Below, piece after piece: positions 28,106 to 37,310 of a DNA stretch of 64,000 nucleotides; the stretch's first letter is position 1, and the number at the start of each line of letters is the position of its first letter. The DNA is from Candidatus Zixiibacteriota bacterium (GTDB lineage: Bacteria; Zixibacteria; MSB-5A5; GN15; FEB-12): contig JBGSIV010000157.1 of assembly GCA_041742355.1 (NCBI GenBank), positions 1 to 64,000 of the forward strand, read 5' to 3'. Position numbers and translations under genes: made by a program. Under the pieces are notes generated by a model, which saw only the letters and a list, made by a program, of their open reading frames with translations, made no database searches and was not told the origin of the DNA.

Positions 28106-28807
28106 ATGAACACAATACCTGCAATACTCAGGCCACTGATGCTGGTGATCATAAGCTTGGCCACGCTGGTGGCAACCCCTTCTGTTTTCTCGCAGAGTCG
28201 GATGACAACCGACCCTCGGATGGTAGTGATCCCCTGGCGCGGTGCGAGTGAGATCCAGAGCGATTTGGACAACGCCGCTGAAGCGAAGCTGCTGGCACAA
28301 GATCGCAGAGAGCGAGCCGAGACTCGCCTCCGGGAGATCGCCAATAACCTTGAGACAAGAAAGCAGACCCTCAAGGACATCGATCGTCGTAAGGACGAGG
28401 CAAAGAAGAACAAACGGGAATCCGAAGAAATCTCGCTCAAGATCGAGGAGAAAGCCAACAAGCAGGCGGTCGATCTGCTCAATCGTTTAAAGGACCTGCG
28501 CAAAGCCGAGGTCGAGGAGGCGAAGGCCGAGATTGAACGGGCGGAGGTTGACATCGAAGTCTTGCAGATGGAGACTGAATTGCTGAGTAAACGAGATGAG
28601 TATGATTCCCTGGCGGCCACCAGTACGGGCGACCTGACGCTTACCACGGCGCAGCAGGTTCTCCAGAACCTTGAGGTGCGTCTGCTGGAGCTGCAGCGAA
28701 AGCGGGCCGACGCAACCCAGAAACTGGCGTCCAAGCAGAAGGATATCGTGACCCGACGGATGAAATTGCATGATGCGCAGGCAAAGCTCGGCATGCCACG
28801 GGCTTAG
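28106..28807 (+). CDS. exported coiled-coil protein
   Basis: Signal peptide followed by a long E/K/R/A-rich heptad region. Confidence 0.75.
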   Translation: MNTIPAILRPLMLVIISLATLVATPSVFSQSRMTTDPRMVVIPWRGASEIQSDLDNAAEAKLLAQDRRERAETRLREIANNLETRKQTLKDIDRRKDEAKKNKRESEEISLKIEEKANKQAVDLLNRLKDLRKAEVEEAKAEIERAEVDIEVLQMETELLSKRDEYDSLAATSTGDLTLTTAQQVLQNLEVRLLELQRKRADATQKLASKQKDIVTRRMKLHDAQAKLGMPRA

Positions 28808-28864
28808 CGCACCGGGGCCGATGCCGGTACGCCACGGGCTTAGCACACCCGTGGCCGATGCCGG
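28795..28864. repeat. 36-bp-period tandem duplication including the stop codon
   Basis: GCCACGGGCTTAGCGCACCGGGGCCGATGCCGG and GCCACGGGCTTAGCACACCCGTGGCCGATGCCGG. Confidence 0.8.
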
Positions 28865-28938
28865 AGCGATGACCGCATGAAGTTATCGGGCTCTGGCGAG
28901 GTGTGAGGTCGTTCGATCGCCTACTTCCAACGGCAGAG

Positions 28939-29895
28939 TCAATGCCCCGCACCCTCTTTGTCTTTCTCGAGCCAGTCGAGCATGGCGGCAATACTCCCGG
29001 TCGCCAGGGCGATGCTTGTGTCAGCCGCGCCATAGTAGATCTGGATTGTATCACCATCGGGAAGAATCGTGTAGCCACAGGGAAACACGACATTTCCAAC
29101 GTCACCGTGCAATTCGTAGGATTCCTCGGGACCAAAAACCCACTGGCTGCCACGTTTCAGGCAGACTTCGGGTCGCTGCAAGTCGAACAGGGCTAGGCCG
29201 AGTCGATAGATCGCACCGGCAGCCGTGTGTCTTACGCCATGGTACATCACCAGCCAGCCCTGCGGCGTCTCTATCGGCGGGGGAGAAAGACCGATCTTGT
29301 TGGCGTCCCACCAGCCCCCGCGCCGCGCTTCCATCATCAGTTGGTGGCTGCCCCAGTGTATGAGATCGGGCGAGTAGGAGATCCACATGTGCGCCCGAGG
29401 TGAACTGACCGGGCGGTGAATCAGCGCCCATCGACCGTCGATCCGACCGGGTAGAAGCGTTGCATCCTTATCCTCCGGAGGCATGATGACTCCGTACCGC
29501 TTGAAGGCACGGAAATCCTTGGTGGTTGCCAAGGCCACTCCCGGGCCATCGCGGGTGAAAGCGGTATAGACCACCACATACTCATCCAGTTCCGGAACAT
29601 ACGTTATGCGCGGATCTTCGACGCCCCAGAGTTCCTCCGGATACTGCTGCGGGTTCGGCATCAGTGTCGGTTCCGGGTCAATCTGCCAGCCGTCGACGCC
29701 ATTCGCCGAACGGGCCGCACAGAGGTGCGATTGTCCGCGGCGATCCTCCACTCGGCAGAGCAGCAGGGTAGTGCCGTCAGCCAGCAATGTGGCGCCGGGA
29801 TTGAACACGCTGTTGACGGGATAGGGCCAGTTGGCGGCCGTCAGGATCGGATTGAGTTCGTGTCGTCGAAACAGCTCGGGGTGTGTATTGCTCAT
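28939..29895 (-). CDS. GH130 family glycosidase/phosphorylase
   Basis: VFNPGA, GVEDPRI, DKDA.L.P, HRP, KIG..PP, YHGV, NVVFPCG, YYGAADT. Confidence 0.93.
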   Translation of the reverse strand: MSNTHPELFRRHELNPILTAANWPYPVNSVFNPGATLLADGTTLLLCRVEDRRGQSHLCAARSANGVDGWQIDPEPTLMPNPQQYPEELWGVEDPRITYVPELDEYVVVYTAFTRDGPGVALATTKDFRAFKRYGVIMPPEDKDATLLPGRIDGRWALIHRPVSSPRAHMWISYSPDLIHWGSHQLMMEARRGGWWDANKIGLSPPPIETPQGWLVMYHGVRHTAAGAIYRLGLALFDLQRPEVCLKRGSQWVFGPEESYELHGDVGNVVFPCGYTILPDGDTIQIYYGAADTSIALATGSIAAMLDWLEKDKEGAGH

Positions 29896-29915
29896 TGAGA
29901 GTGCATCTCCACAGG

Positions 29916-32204
29916 TTAGACAGTGTTTTCAGCCAGGCGCAGCTCCAGCAAAGACTGGAGAAAGGCCAGGGTAGACTCCGCGCCGAGGTTTTCGTTGGGA
30001 CGGTCGGGGTGCAAACCATCGCGACATCCACCGGTGGTTGGGTCGTAGATCGAGAGATTCAAATCGTTGCGCCCGAGGAACCATTCAAAGGCGCGCTGGG
30101 CTTCCCGGCGCCAGCGATCGTCCCGTGTGATCCTGTACGCCTCAAGGCAGGCAGACACCATGGCCTGACCTTCCACCGGCTGTTGATCGAAGCGGGCTCG
30201 TTCGCCGCCCTTGCGGTAGAATCCATTCGATCCGACTGGGACGAAGTGGCCTCCTTTGCCGGCTCGCTGTATGTCGGATAACCAGGCGAGCGACTCCAGC
30301 CCCGCCTCAATCATAACCGCGCTGTTGACGGACTCACCGCAGATCAGCGATGCATGGGGGAGTACGGCGTTGCAGTAGGTGAGTCCCTCCTCGTACCACC
30401 GCCAGTCATCCGAGCGGCATCGTTGATACAGGGACAGGAGTCTCTGCGACAACTCCTCCTGAACCTGGCTGGCACGACGATCGCCGGTAAAACGCCGGAG
30501 ATACTCATGAATACCGATGAGCGCGAACGCCCATGCCCTCGGACTGGTCGTGTCAACTATGCCGGGTAAGGCTCTTTCAAACAACCAACTGGCCATACTC
30601 TGGAGCGCCGGAGTATGTGACCGACCCAGCACGGCTCCGAGAGCCCATAGTGCGCGGCCGTGGCTGTCGTCCGAACCACTCGCCTCCATCCAGGTGCGCT
30701 GGTAAGTCATGAAGTTGCGGAAGCGTCCGGTCTCGGCATTATATGCATACCAGATGAATGCAAGATACCGTGAGGCCAGTTCGAAAGCCTCCGCATTCCC
30801 CACATCCTCCAGGAGTGCGCTCACGATAAGGGCGCGGGCATTATCGTCGGTCGTGTACCCTTCGTGATAGTTGGGTATCGTGAAAATAGCGTGCTGGAGA
30901 ATACCGGTCTCGTCCGTCATGTTGCGCAGGTGATCCAGCCTTAAGAGCGGCAGTTCACCGGGATGCTTGTCGAGAGCTTTGACAGCGAAGCCCGGAATAC
31001 TGAAATGGCGACGATCAGCCCGAGCGCGCTCGAAGGTCTCGCGGTAACGGCGCGCCACTTGCGGCCAGATCATCTCCCGCCCAAACATGTACGCTCGTTT
31101 GCGCATCGCGTGACGCCTGGCCTCGTCATCCAGCAGCTCAATTACCTTCGCAGCGAGTGCCGACGGGTCCCGAAACGGCACCAGGATACCTCGATCCTCT
31201 GCCAGCATTTCCTCGGCATACCAGTACGGCGTCGAAATCACGGCCTTTCCGGCGCCCAGCGTGTAGGCGAGGGTGCCTGACGTGATCTGCGCCTGGTTGA
31301 GGTAGGGAGTGATGTATATGTCCGCGGCGCCAATAAATTCATTCAGCTCTTCGAGACTGACAAAGCGGTTGTAGAAGATGACGTTGCTCTCTACGCCTCG
31401 CTCACGAGCAATCCACTGGAGAGAAAGTCGGTATGCCTCTCCGTCGGTTTCCTTCACATGAGGATGAGTCTCCCCCAGGACAATGTAGACGACATTGGGC
31501 TGCACCGCCAGGATCGCAGGCAGGGCCTCGATGACATTCTCGATCCCTTTGCTTGTCGACAGCAAACCGAAACTGAGCAGGACCATCTTCCCTTCGACGC
31601 CAAACAGGTCCTTGTGAAAACTCGGATCGACAAACGGCACGTCCGGGATGCCGTGAGGGATGAGATCAATTTTGTCCGCAGACACGCCATATATCTGTGT
31701 CAGGAATTCTTTGCCGCGCTGACTCATGACAACCAGCCGGTCGGATAGCTTCGCTACTTCCGTCAGCACCAAACGCTGATGTGGATCGGGCTCCGCCAGT
31801 ATGGTGTGAAGAGTGGTCACAATTGGCATGCGCAGTTCACGAAGGAGCGTCAAGACATAGCTGCCGGCGCGACCACCGAAGATACCGTACTCGTGTTGCA
31901 GGCAGACAATATCGACATTGTTGATATTGAGGAAGTCAGCCGCTCGGCGATACGACGCTATGTCTTTCTCCGTGAGCTCAAACCGGACGCGTCCGGGGTA
32001 TTCGTAACCCTCGGCTGTGTCATTCACGGGAAGGGCGATGCACGTCGTCCCTTCACGCTCGGCTGCGATGGCTTCACACAGATCGGTGGTGAAGGTAGCG
32101 ATACCACACCGTCGCGGCAGATAATTGCCAATGAAAGCGACCCGGTTTATCCTTGAGTAGACGGAGGCTTGCTCCGTTTCCAGCATTTCCTTATCAGTCG
32201 CCAC
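29916..32204 (-). CDS. GT4 glycosyltransferase fused to a C-terminal six-hairpin glycosidase-like domain
   Basis: PRRCGIATFT, QHEYGIFGG, QITSGTLAY; C-terminal GILQHA, GYTTDDNARAL, FDQQPVE, NLGAESTL. Confidence 0.93.
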   Translation of the reverse strand: MATDKEMLETEQASVYSRINRVAFIGNYLPRRCGIATFTTDLCEAIAAEREGTTCIALPVNDTAEGYEYPGRVRFELTEKDIASYRRAADFLNINNVDIVCLQHEYGIFGGRAGSYVLTLLRELRMPIVTTLHTILAEPDPHQRLVLTEVAKLSDRLVVMSQRGKEFLTQIYGVSADKIDLIPHGIPDVPFVDPSFHKDLFGVEGKMVLLSFGLLSTSKGIENVIEALPAILAVQPNVVYIVLGETHPHVKETDGEAYRLSLQWIARERGVESNVIFYNRFVSLEELNEFIGAADIYITPYLNQAQITSGTLAYTLGAGKAVISTPYWYAEEMLAEDRGILVPFRDPSALAAKVIELLDDEARRHAMRKRAYMFGREMIWPQVARRYRETFERARADRRHFSIPGFAVKALDKHPGELPLLRLDHLRNMTDETGILQHAIFTIPNYHEGYTTDDNARALIVSALLEDVGNAEAFELASRYLAFIWYAYNAETGRFRNFMTYQRTWMEASGSDDSHGRALWALGAVLGRSHTPALQSMASWLFERALPGIVDTTSPRAWAFALIGIHEYLRRFTGDRRASQVQEELSQRLLSLYQRCRSDDWRWYEEGLTYCNAVLPHASLICGESVNSAVMIEAGLESLAWLSDIQRAGKGGHFVPVGSNGFYRKGGERARFDQQPVEGQAMVSACLEAYRITRDDRWRREAQRAFEWFLGRNDLNLSIYDPTTGGCRDGLHPDRPNENLGAESTLAFLQSLLELRLAENTV

Positions 32205-32306
32205 GTTTCCACCCCACGGTTTTCAATCCTGACCAATCAAACCGATCGAGTTGTTGCATACCTGCCTACTTTCCATTTGCTGCCCAGTTCCTGGAGTGCC
32301 CACCTT

Positions 32307-32354
32307 ATACTACCGAAATCGCTGACGGCCGTCAGCCACACTGACGGCCGCCAA
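32307..32354 (-). promoter_or_regulatory. candidate promoter for GT4-GH130 with tandem palindromic operator
   Basis: Minus-strand CTGACG-N17-TAGTAT; perfect palindrome GCTGACGGCCGTCAGC (32321-32336) and an imperfect copy at 32341-32354. Confidence 0.45.
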
Positions 32355-32447
32355 CATTGTGTCAACGCGACATATTGAGTCCGGCCGGCGCGCTTCCCGG
32401 AGGATGCGCGCATAACCGAAGCGGGGAACTCGATACCGTCCGACGCC

Positions 32448-33008
32448 CTAGAGGCGGAACAGCACACCGGCGTTGATGGAGTAGAAGTCGGAATCGGTGC
32501 CATCAAGAATCTCACCCGGCAGGTCCGCGAAATCGTATTCGAGAAACACGAAACGGACATCTCCAAAAAGTCGGAATCTCTGCGAGGCCGGCACTTCAAC
32601 CCCCGCGGCCAGATGCCACCCAAAGTTCTGGGTAGTCTCATCCTCAAAGCCGGCGTCGTTGTAGGCATCGGCGTAATCAAAGGTGGTACTGTACCAACCT
32701 CCGCCAACGCCTCCGTAGAGAAACGGCAGCGGGTAGAGCAGCCCCGTGACCGTCACCGGCCAATCCCTGGCCGTTACCGCACCGTTACCGTACTTCTCCT
32801 GGCGATAACTGATGTCTGCCTCCGCGCCCAGGATCGGCATTAGCTTCACGCGCAGGGTTGCACCGACCAGAAAATCGGCGTCTTCGGCGCCGCTCGAGTT
32901 CTGCATTCCGAGATGCGGACCCAGGTAAACATTCGTCTGGCTGCTTGCAGAGAGGGGGAGCGAAACGAGAATCCCCAGAAGGATCCCAGTACTGATAAGT
33001 TTTAACAA
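32448..33008 (-). CDS. outer-membrane beta-barrel (OMP_b-brl-like) protein
   Basis: Signal peptide, alternating strands, C-terminal INAGVLFRL. Confidence 0.85.
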   Translation of the reverse strand: MLKLISTGILLGILVSLPLSASSQTNVYLGPHLGMQNSSGAEDADFLVGATLRVKLMPILGAEADISYRQEKYGNGAVTARDWPVTVTGLLYPLPFLYGGVGGGWYSTTFDYADAYNDAGFEDETTQNFGWHLAAGVEVPASQRFRLFGDVRFVFLEYDFADLPGEILDGTDSDFYSINAGVLFRL

Positions 33009-33131
33009 GCGATTCTCCTTAATCCGTTGAGTTTGCCTGTTGACGCGAATTCATCGAAGTGCACATCTCGGCAGGCGTTGTGCACTGATCATGCACTAAC
33101 TCATATAACAGAGAAAGGCGGCATAAGTACA

Positions 33132-33147
33132 TCATCCAAAGGGATGA
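33132..33147 (-). promoter_or_regulatory. perfect island operator-like palindrome upstream of the OMP gene
   Basis: TCATCC-AAAG-GGATGA. Confidence 0.6.
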
Positions 33148-33442
33148 AAAGGTAGCTACATCGCTTGGGCGAAAGATCAGCTGAGATCTTTTGCCCGGGC
33201 CGCACCGTTCGGCAACCGAGTCGCGCTTCCGTAAGCATCTGGAGCGCCCTCTGAACCTGGGCAAAATGGAGATCCGTGAATCCGGCAGGTGATCGGTCCC
33301 CTTGACCGGTACCGTTACCCCGATTCAGACTAAAGCGGGGGGAAGCGCGTCAGTCCGCGGCGCGAGATCACTCTCTATGCAGGTGTTTATAGGATGTGAA
33401 GGTTCCTGCCGCTGACGGCTGGTGGTTCAATGGGATTTATCC

Positions 33443-33530
33443 AAACGGCGATGTAAACGACCACAGCCGGGTAGTCGTGGGCGATCTAACTTGCCCGGTG
33501 AGGTACCTCTTCAAGGGGCGGACCGGGGCC
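33443..33530 (+). pseudogene. degenerate dockerin-like fragment
   Basis: Translates NGDVNDHSRVVVGDLTCPVRYLFKG, resembling GDVTADGTIEVSDLTALVGYLFRAG of the S8 protease in this window. Confidence 0.5.
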
Positions 33531-34337
33531 GGCATGTTCGCAAGCACGCCAACCGACTCTATCCGTTTGTGGCAATTGAAACCGCCCTTTGAAGGTTGAC
33601 GGATGGCTGCCTGATAAGTATCGTAAAGTAACAGCCACCCATTGCCGCCATTGGCAATTTGCTCCGAGAGATTTCCGTATGCGCGGACTGAGAATGAAAC
33701 AAGCGATTCGGCTCGGCCAGAAAAGGCTCTTACGTCATCTGTCCGTTTCGAAGTCTGATCTGGACGATGAGAGGTCGGCGCTGCATTTTGAGCGGACACT
33801 GCGGCGCACCGGCAGTCCATGCAGCGGTCCCTGTTGTGGTAATCCGCGGCGCCATTTCCGGGCTGTCACCCTGCAGGAGCAGAAGGCAACCGAAGCCAGC
33901 CACTGGGTCGTGACCAGCGATGAGACGTCCGAACTGCTCTCCGGCTTCGCTGTCAGCAAGCTCAAGCGGCGGCACTTTGGGCGGGTCCGATTTGGCCGAT
34001 TTAAGTAGTGACTGCTTGTGCCCAATTTGTGCCCACATGGGGGTCAAAACCTCTTCTTCGGCAATCGATCGGGCACAAGACCTCACAAAATCTAATTCCC
34101 TCACGGATAACGGTTTGCGCCGTAATTCGCTATAATCCAACGGCTTGCAGAAACAGGATAAATGGAATCCCTGTCTCTCCGCTTTCTTTTTGTCTTCCCT
34201 ATTTGTCTTTGACACCACGCGGCGGTTTGTTTTACCAATCCATCCCTTGGCGAAACCGGGCGGCCCCTCCGCCGGAGCATCCCCCGTGCGACCGGAGGGG
34301 GAGAAGCCGTCACTTCCTGAGGAATTGGCAAACATGT

Positions 34338-34365
34338 CAGAGGCCGGGCGCGCGCCCGGCCTCTG
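34338..34365. terminator. perfect 28-bp palindrome downstream of the DUF5666 gene
   Basis: CAGAGGCCGGGCGCGCGCCCGGCCTCTG; no clear U tract. Confidence 0.5.
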
Positions 34366-34453
34366 CTGTGTAGCACCCACAGCCGGAGAACCTTTTATCT
34401 TCGTGCCAGCCGTTGACACGACCTTCCGGTCCCCGGGTCCGTTTGGAGAAACA

Positions 34454-35656
34454 TCACGGTGCTGCTATCACCGCGATCAGAGAGGTCTTCAGATTCGTCT
34501 CGTCAAGCGGATACCCTTTGACAGAGACATAGTCCCCTACAGCCAGGTCGGCCAGGGTGATGTCCGCCCCGTCGAGACTGTAAATCTTGGCGCCCGGACA
34601 CACCGCGCTGATCCAGGCCTGATCCTGATAGGTCACGATCCGTGTGTCGATATCGATCGACGCAATGTAGGAGGAGAAGGTCACGCAGATGCTCTGGCAA
34701 TCCGCCGTGAGCTTGATCTTCGCCGCATACAGCGTGGCTTCGTCGACGACATTGGCCCGCAACTCAATCACGTCGCCGACCTTCAGATCGGCAAACGGGA
34801 CAACCGTAAAGGTCTCATTGCGATAGTGATCTCCACCACTGAGCGCCTGTCCGTCCTGCTGACGGCTCCCCTGGTCGACATTGCCTTCCCCGAGATTCAC
34901 GGTCACGGTCCAGATTACCGTGTTCTCATCAACCGTGATCGTTTCGGCTCTTTCCGCCACGGTGAAGGTGTTCGCTGCATAGTCTATGCCGGTGATTTCG
35001 GCGCGAATGGCGACCTCATATCCACCGTCGCCCGGCGTGCAGATCTGCAGCCGTTTCGCATAAATGTAGCCGCTCTGGGTGCGCTCACCGTAAAAACCGA
35101 CCGAATCGCCGGGGTGGATTTCACTGAAGGGCACCGGGGCCTCTTCATTGCCGTTGAGACGGGTGATCTGGCAGTTCCGGTTCGCAATCACGGAGTCGGG
35201 CTTCCCCTCGAACGTCAGCATGAGGCGTTCGCGGTTGACCATTTCGACCCGGGCTGCATAGCGAACCGCTCCGGAATCCTGGCAGACCCGAATCTGGTTG
35301 GCATAGACGTACCGGTACTGGTTTTGGCTGCCGGTGACTTGTACAGAGTCCCCTTTCCTGATCTCGCTGAAGGGGATGGGCGCCTCAGAGAAGCCATTGA
35401 GACGCACTATCTGGCAGTTCTCGTTGGCAATAACAGTATCGGGGCAACCCTCGATCATGAGCATCAGCCGGTTCTGTTCGGTGATAGTGACGCGGGCCAT
35501 CAGCTGAACCTGTCCATCGGCAGGCGTCAGCTGGGCATCCGTCTTAAATGCCGAATTATCGGCTGGTGAATCGAGCGGCGATTTGTCGCAACCAATCAAC
35601 AGGACCAGCAGGAGCAGGATCCCCGACAGAGCCAACAGGTTGACAGCTTTCCTCAT
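34454..35656 (-). CDS. lipoprotein with four DUF5666-like repeats
   Basis: Lipobox LIGC; repeats ending L..GD.V.V.G......A..I; AAGGAGG RBS. Confidence 0.8.
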   Translation of the reverse strand: MRKAVNLLALSGILLLLVLLIGCDKSPLDSPADNSAFKTDAQLTPADGQVQLMARVTITEQNRLMLMIEGCPDTVIANENCQIVRLNGFSEAPIPFSEIRKGDSVQVTGSQNQYRYVYANQIRVCQDSGAVRYAARVEMVNRERLMLTFEGKPDSVIANRNCQITRLNGNEEAPVPFSEIHPGDSVGFYGERTQSGYIYAKRLQICTPGDGGYEVAIRAEITGIDYAANTFTVAERAETITVDENTVIWTVTVNLGEGNVDQGSRQQDGQALSGGDHYRNETFTVVPFADLKVGDVIELRANVVDEATLYAAKIKLTADCQSICVTFSSYIASIDIDTRIVTYQDQAWISAVCPGAKIYSLDGADITLADLAVGDYVSVKGYPLDETNLKTSLIAVIAAP

Positions 35657-35710
35657 AGGAGCCTCCTTGAACACTTAGAGTAACGGTTTCCCACGCCTGC
35701 TTACTTCTTG

Positions 35711-35742
35711 ACTGGCAGAGGAGGCGAAGCGTCGATCCGTTC
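35711..35742 (-). promoter_or_regulatory. candidate ECF promoter, DUF5666 copy
   Basis: GAACGGA-tcgacgcttcgcct-CCTCTGCC-AGT. Confidence 0.7.
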
Positions 35743-35831
35743 TCGGAAGGGCGAAAAAAGTGGTCAAAACTACCTCCGATTACGGAGAGGGGTCAAACCG
35801 AGGTGATTTTATCCCCGTTCTCCGGAGTAAT

Positions 35832-35868
35832 GAAAAACGCCGGGGCAGCCCGATGGCCACCCCAGCGT
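35832..35868 (-). terminator. intrinsic terminator after the S8 protease
   Basis: Minus strand ACGCTGGGGTGGCC-ATCG-GGCTGCCCCGGCGT-TTTT. Confidence 0.75.
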
Positions 35869-35894
35869 GGGATCCGAAGAGAGTCTCAGCCGGA

Positions 35895-37304
35895 CTACTG
35901 AATCATGCAGGGAAGGGTCGATTCGAAGAACAAGTATCTCACGAGGATTGTCAGGTCGGCTACGTTAATCCGATCATCGCAGTTCGCGTCGGCATTGGCA
36001 AACGTATTCAACACTCCGGCCCGGAAGAGATACCCGACCAGAGCCGTGAGATCCGAGACCTCAATGGTGCCGTCGGCTGTTACGTCGCCATGAGCCACGG
36101 GGTAGGCCCGCTCCAGAGCCTCTATCGGGTCGATGAGACCCGATCCGAGCAGTCCTTCATAGCCTGGATTCAGGCTGTCGATACTGGTGGCGGATTGCTG
36201 CAGCAGAGTATCTATCTGCACCGCCGTGAGCGACGGATTGACACTGCGGACCAGGGCAATAACCCCGGTGACCAGCGGTGCGGCGAAACTGGTGCCGTCC
36301 CACCAGGCGTAGAGCGAATCGGCGTAAGCCGAATAGATCGCGGTGCCGGGTGCACAGATATCGATGCGAAGACCGTAATTCGAGAAACCGGCCTTCCGAT
36401 TGGTTGAATCGAGCGCCGCCACCGCCACAGCATAGGTGCGGGAGGCCGGGAAGGGGAAGATGCTGTTGAGATCGGTCGAGTCGTTTCCGGCCGACGCCAC
36501 AATGGGGATGTCCGCTTGCCGGGCAAGGCGAAGGGCCTCATCGAGGTTCTCGTCGATTCCCGTCATGCCGAGGCTCAGGTTGATGACCGACACGCTGTCG
36601 GCGATTGCCTGCAGGACCGCCGCGGCGATGGTGAAGGCACTCCCCTGTCCGGCCGAGTCGAGTACCTTATACACATTGATGTCCGCGCCGGGCGCCACCA
36701 GTTGGAGAGCGGCGGCCACGAACGTACCGTGCGCCGCACAAGAACCCAGGCTGTCGGGCTGGGCGAGGGAGTCCTCCTCCAGGTAATCGTAGCGACTCAC
36801 GATGTCTCCCGGAGCGAGGGCAAATACCGGATGGGCGATATCAACTCCACCATCGATCAGGGCAATGGTGGTGCCCTCGCCGATGGCCAGGTCATGGGTG
36901 GCTGGCAGCGCGAGAGTAACAGCGGCCGGCTGGTCCTCAAATGTCCCGATCAGCTCCTGATCGACAAAAGGCGAACTTCGCTGAAAGCCCTCCGGCACTG
37001 CGAGGTAGTAGTTCGGTCGACAGAATTCGACCCGGGGGTCGTTGTTGATCTGCGCGGCGGTGCTCTCCGGGTTCTGGCCGTGCGGGATGACCAGCAGATA
37101 GACGTCGGTCTCGATCAGGTGCCCGCGGACAATGGTGCCGTAGGTCGCGTTGACGTCCGCAATAGACGCACCCTCGATCACGCGGCACACGACTTCCGTG
37201 GGGGAGTATCGTGGTCCGATCTCATCGGAGCCGGCGATCGCCCTCGTGGCAATGACAACCGCAACCAGCCCCGCGAGTATGGTAAATCCGTATCTTCTCT
37301 TCAT
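35895..37304 (-). CDS. secreted S8 subtilisin-like serine protease with C-terminal dockerin-like domain
   Basis: Signal peptide; triad IDGGVD / HGTFVA / GTSFAAP; SAGN; duplicated dockerin repeats. Confidence 0.95.
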   Translation of the reverse strand: MKRRYGFTILAGLVAVVIATRAIAGSDEIGPRYSPTEVVCRVIEGASIADVNATYGTIVRGHLIETDVYLLVIPHGQNPESTAAQINNDPRVEFCRPNYYLAVPEGFQRSSPFVDQELIGTFEDQPAAVTLALPATHDLAIGEGTTIALIDGGVDIAHPVFALAPGDIVSRYDYLEEDSLAQPDSLGSCAAHGTFVAAALQLVAPGADINVYKVLDSAGQGSAFTIAAAVLQAIADSVSVINLSLGMTGIDENLDEALRLARQADIPIVASAGNDSTDLNSIFPFPASRTYAVAVAALDSTNRKAGFSNYGLRIDICAPGTAIYSAYADSLYAWWDGTSFAAPLVTGVIALVRSVNPSLTAVQIDTLLQQSATSIDSLNPGYEGLLGSGLIDPIEALERAYPVAHGDVTADGTIEVSDLTALVGYLFRAGVLNTFANADANCDDRINVADLTILVRYLFFESTLPCMIQ

Positions 37305-37310
37305 TTCATT

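Larger units (their letters stand above)
17085..34185. mobile_element. genomic island integrated at the tRNA-Ser 3' end; no integrase detected
   Basis: Perfect 21-bp direct repeat GAATCCCTGTCTCTCCGCTTT at 17085-17105 and 34165-34185; gene-poor, decayed ends. Confidence 0.85.

Noticed and set aside
33589..34008. Possible integrase remnant next to attR
   Set aside because: No tyrosine recombinase R-HxxR-Y or serine recombinase motifs recognised; needs an HMM search.
34209..34330. Structured RNA (SRP/6S-like) after attR
   Set aside because: TTGACA is present but there is no good -10 box, and the GC-rich hairpin lacks SRP or 6S signature motifs.
34145..35569. 474-aa plus-strand ORF
   Set aside because: Antisense shadow of the DUF5666 lipoprotein and crosses attR.
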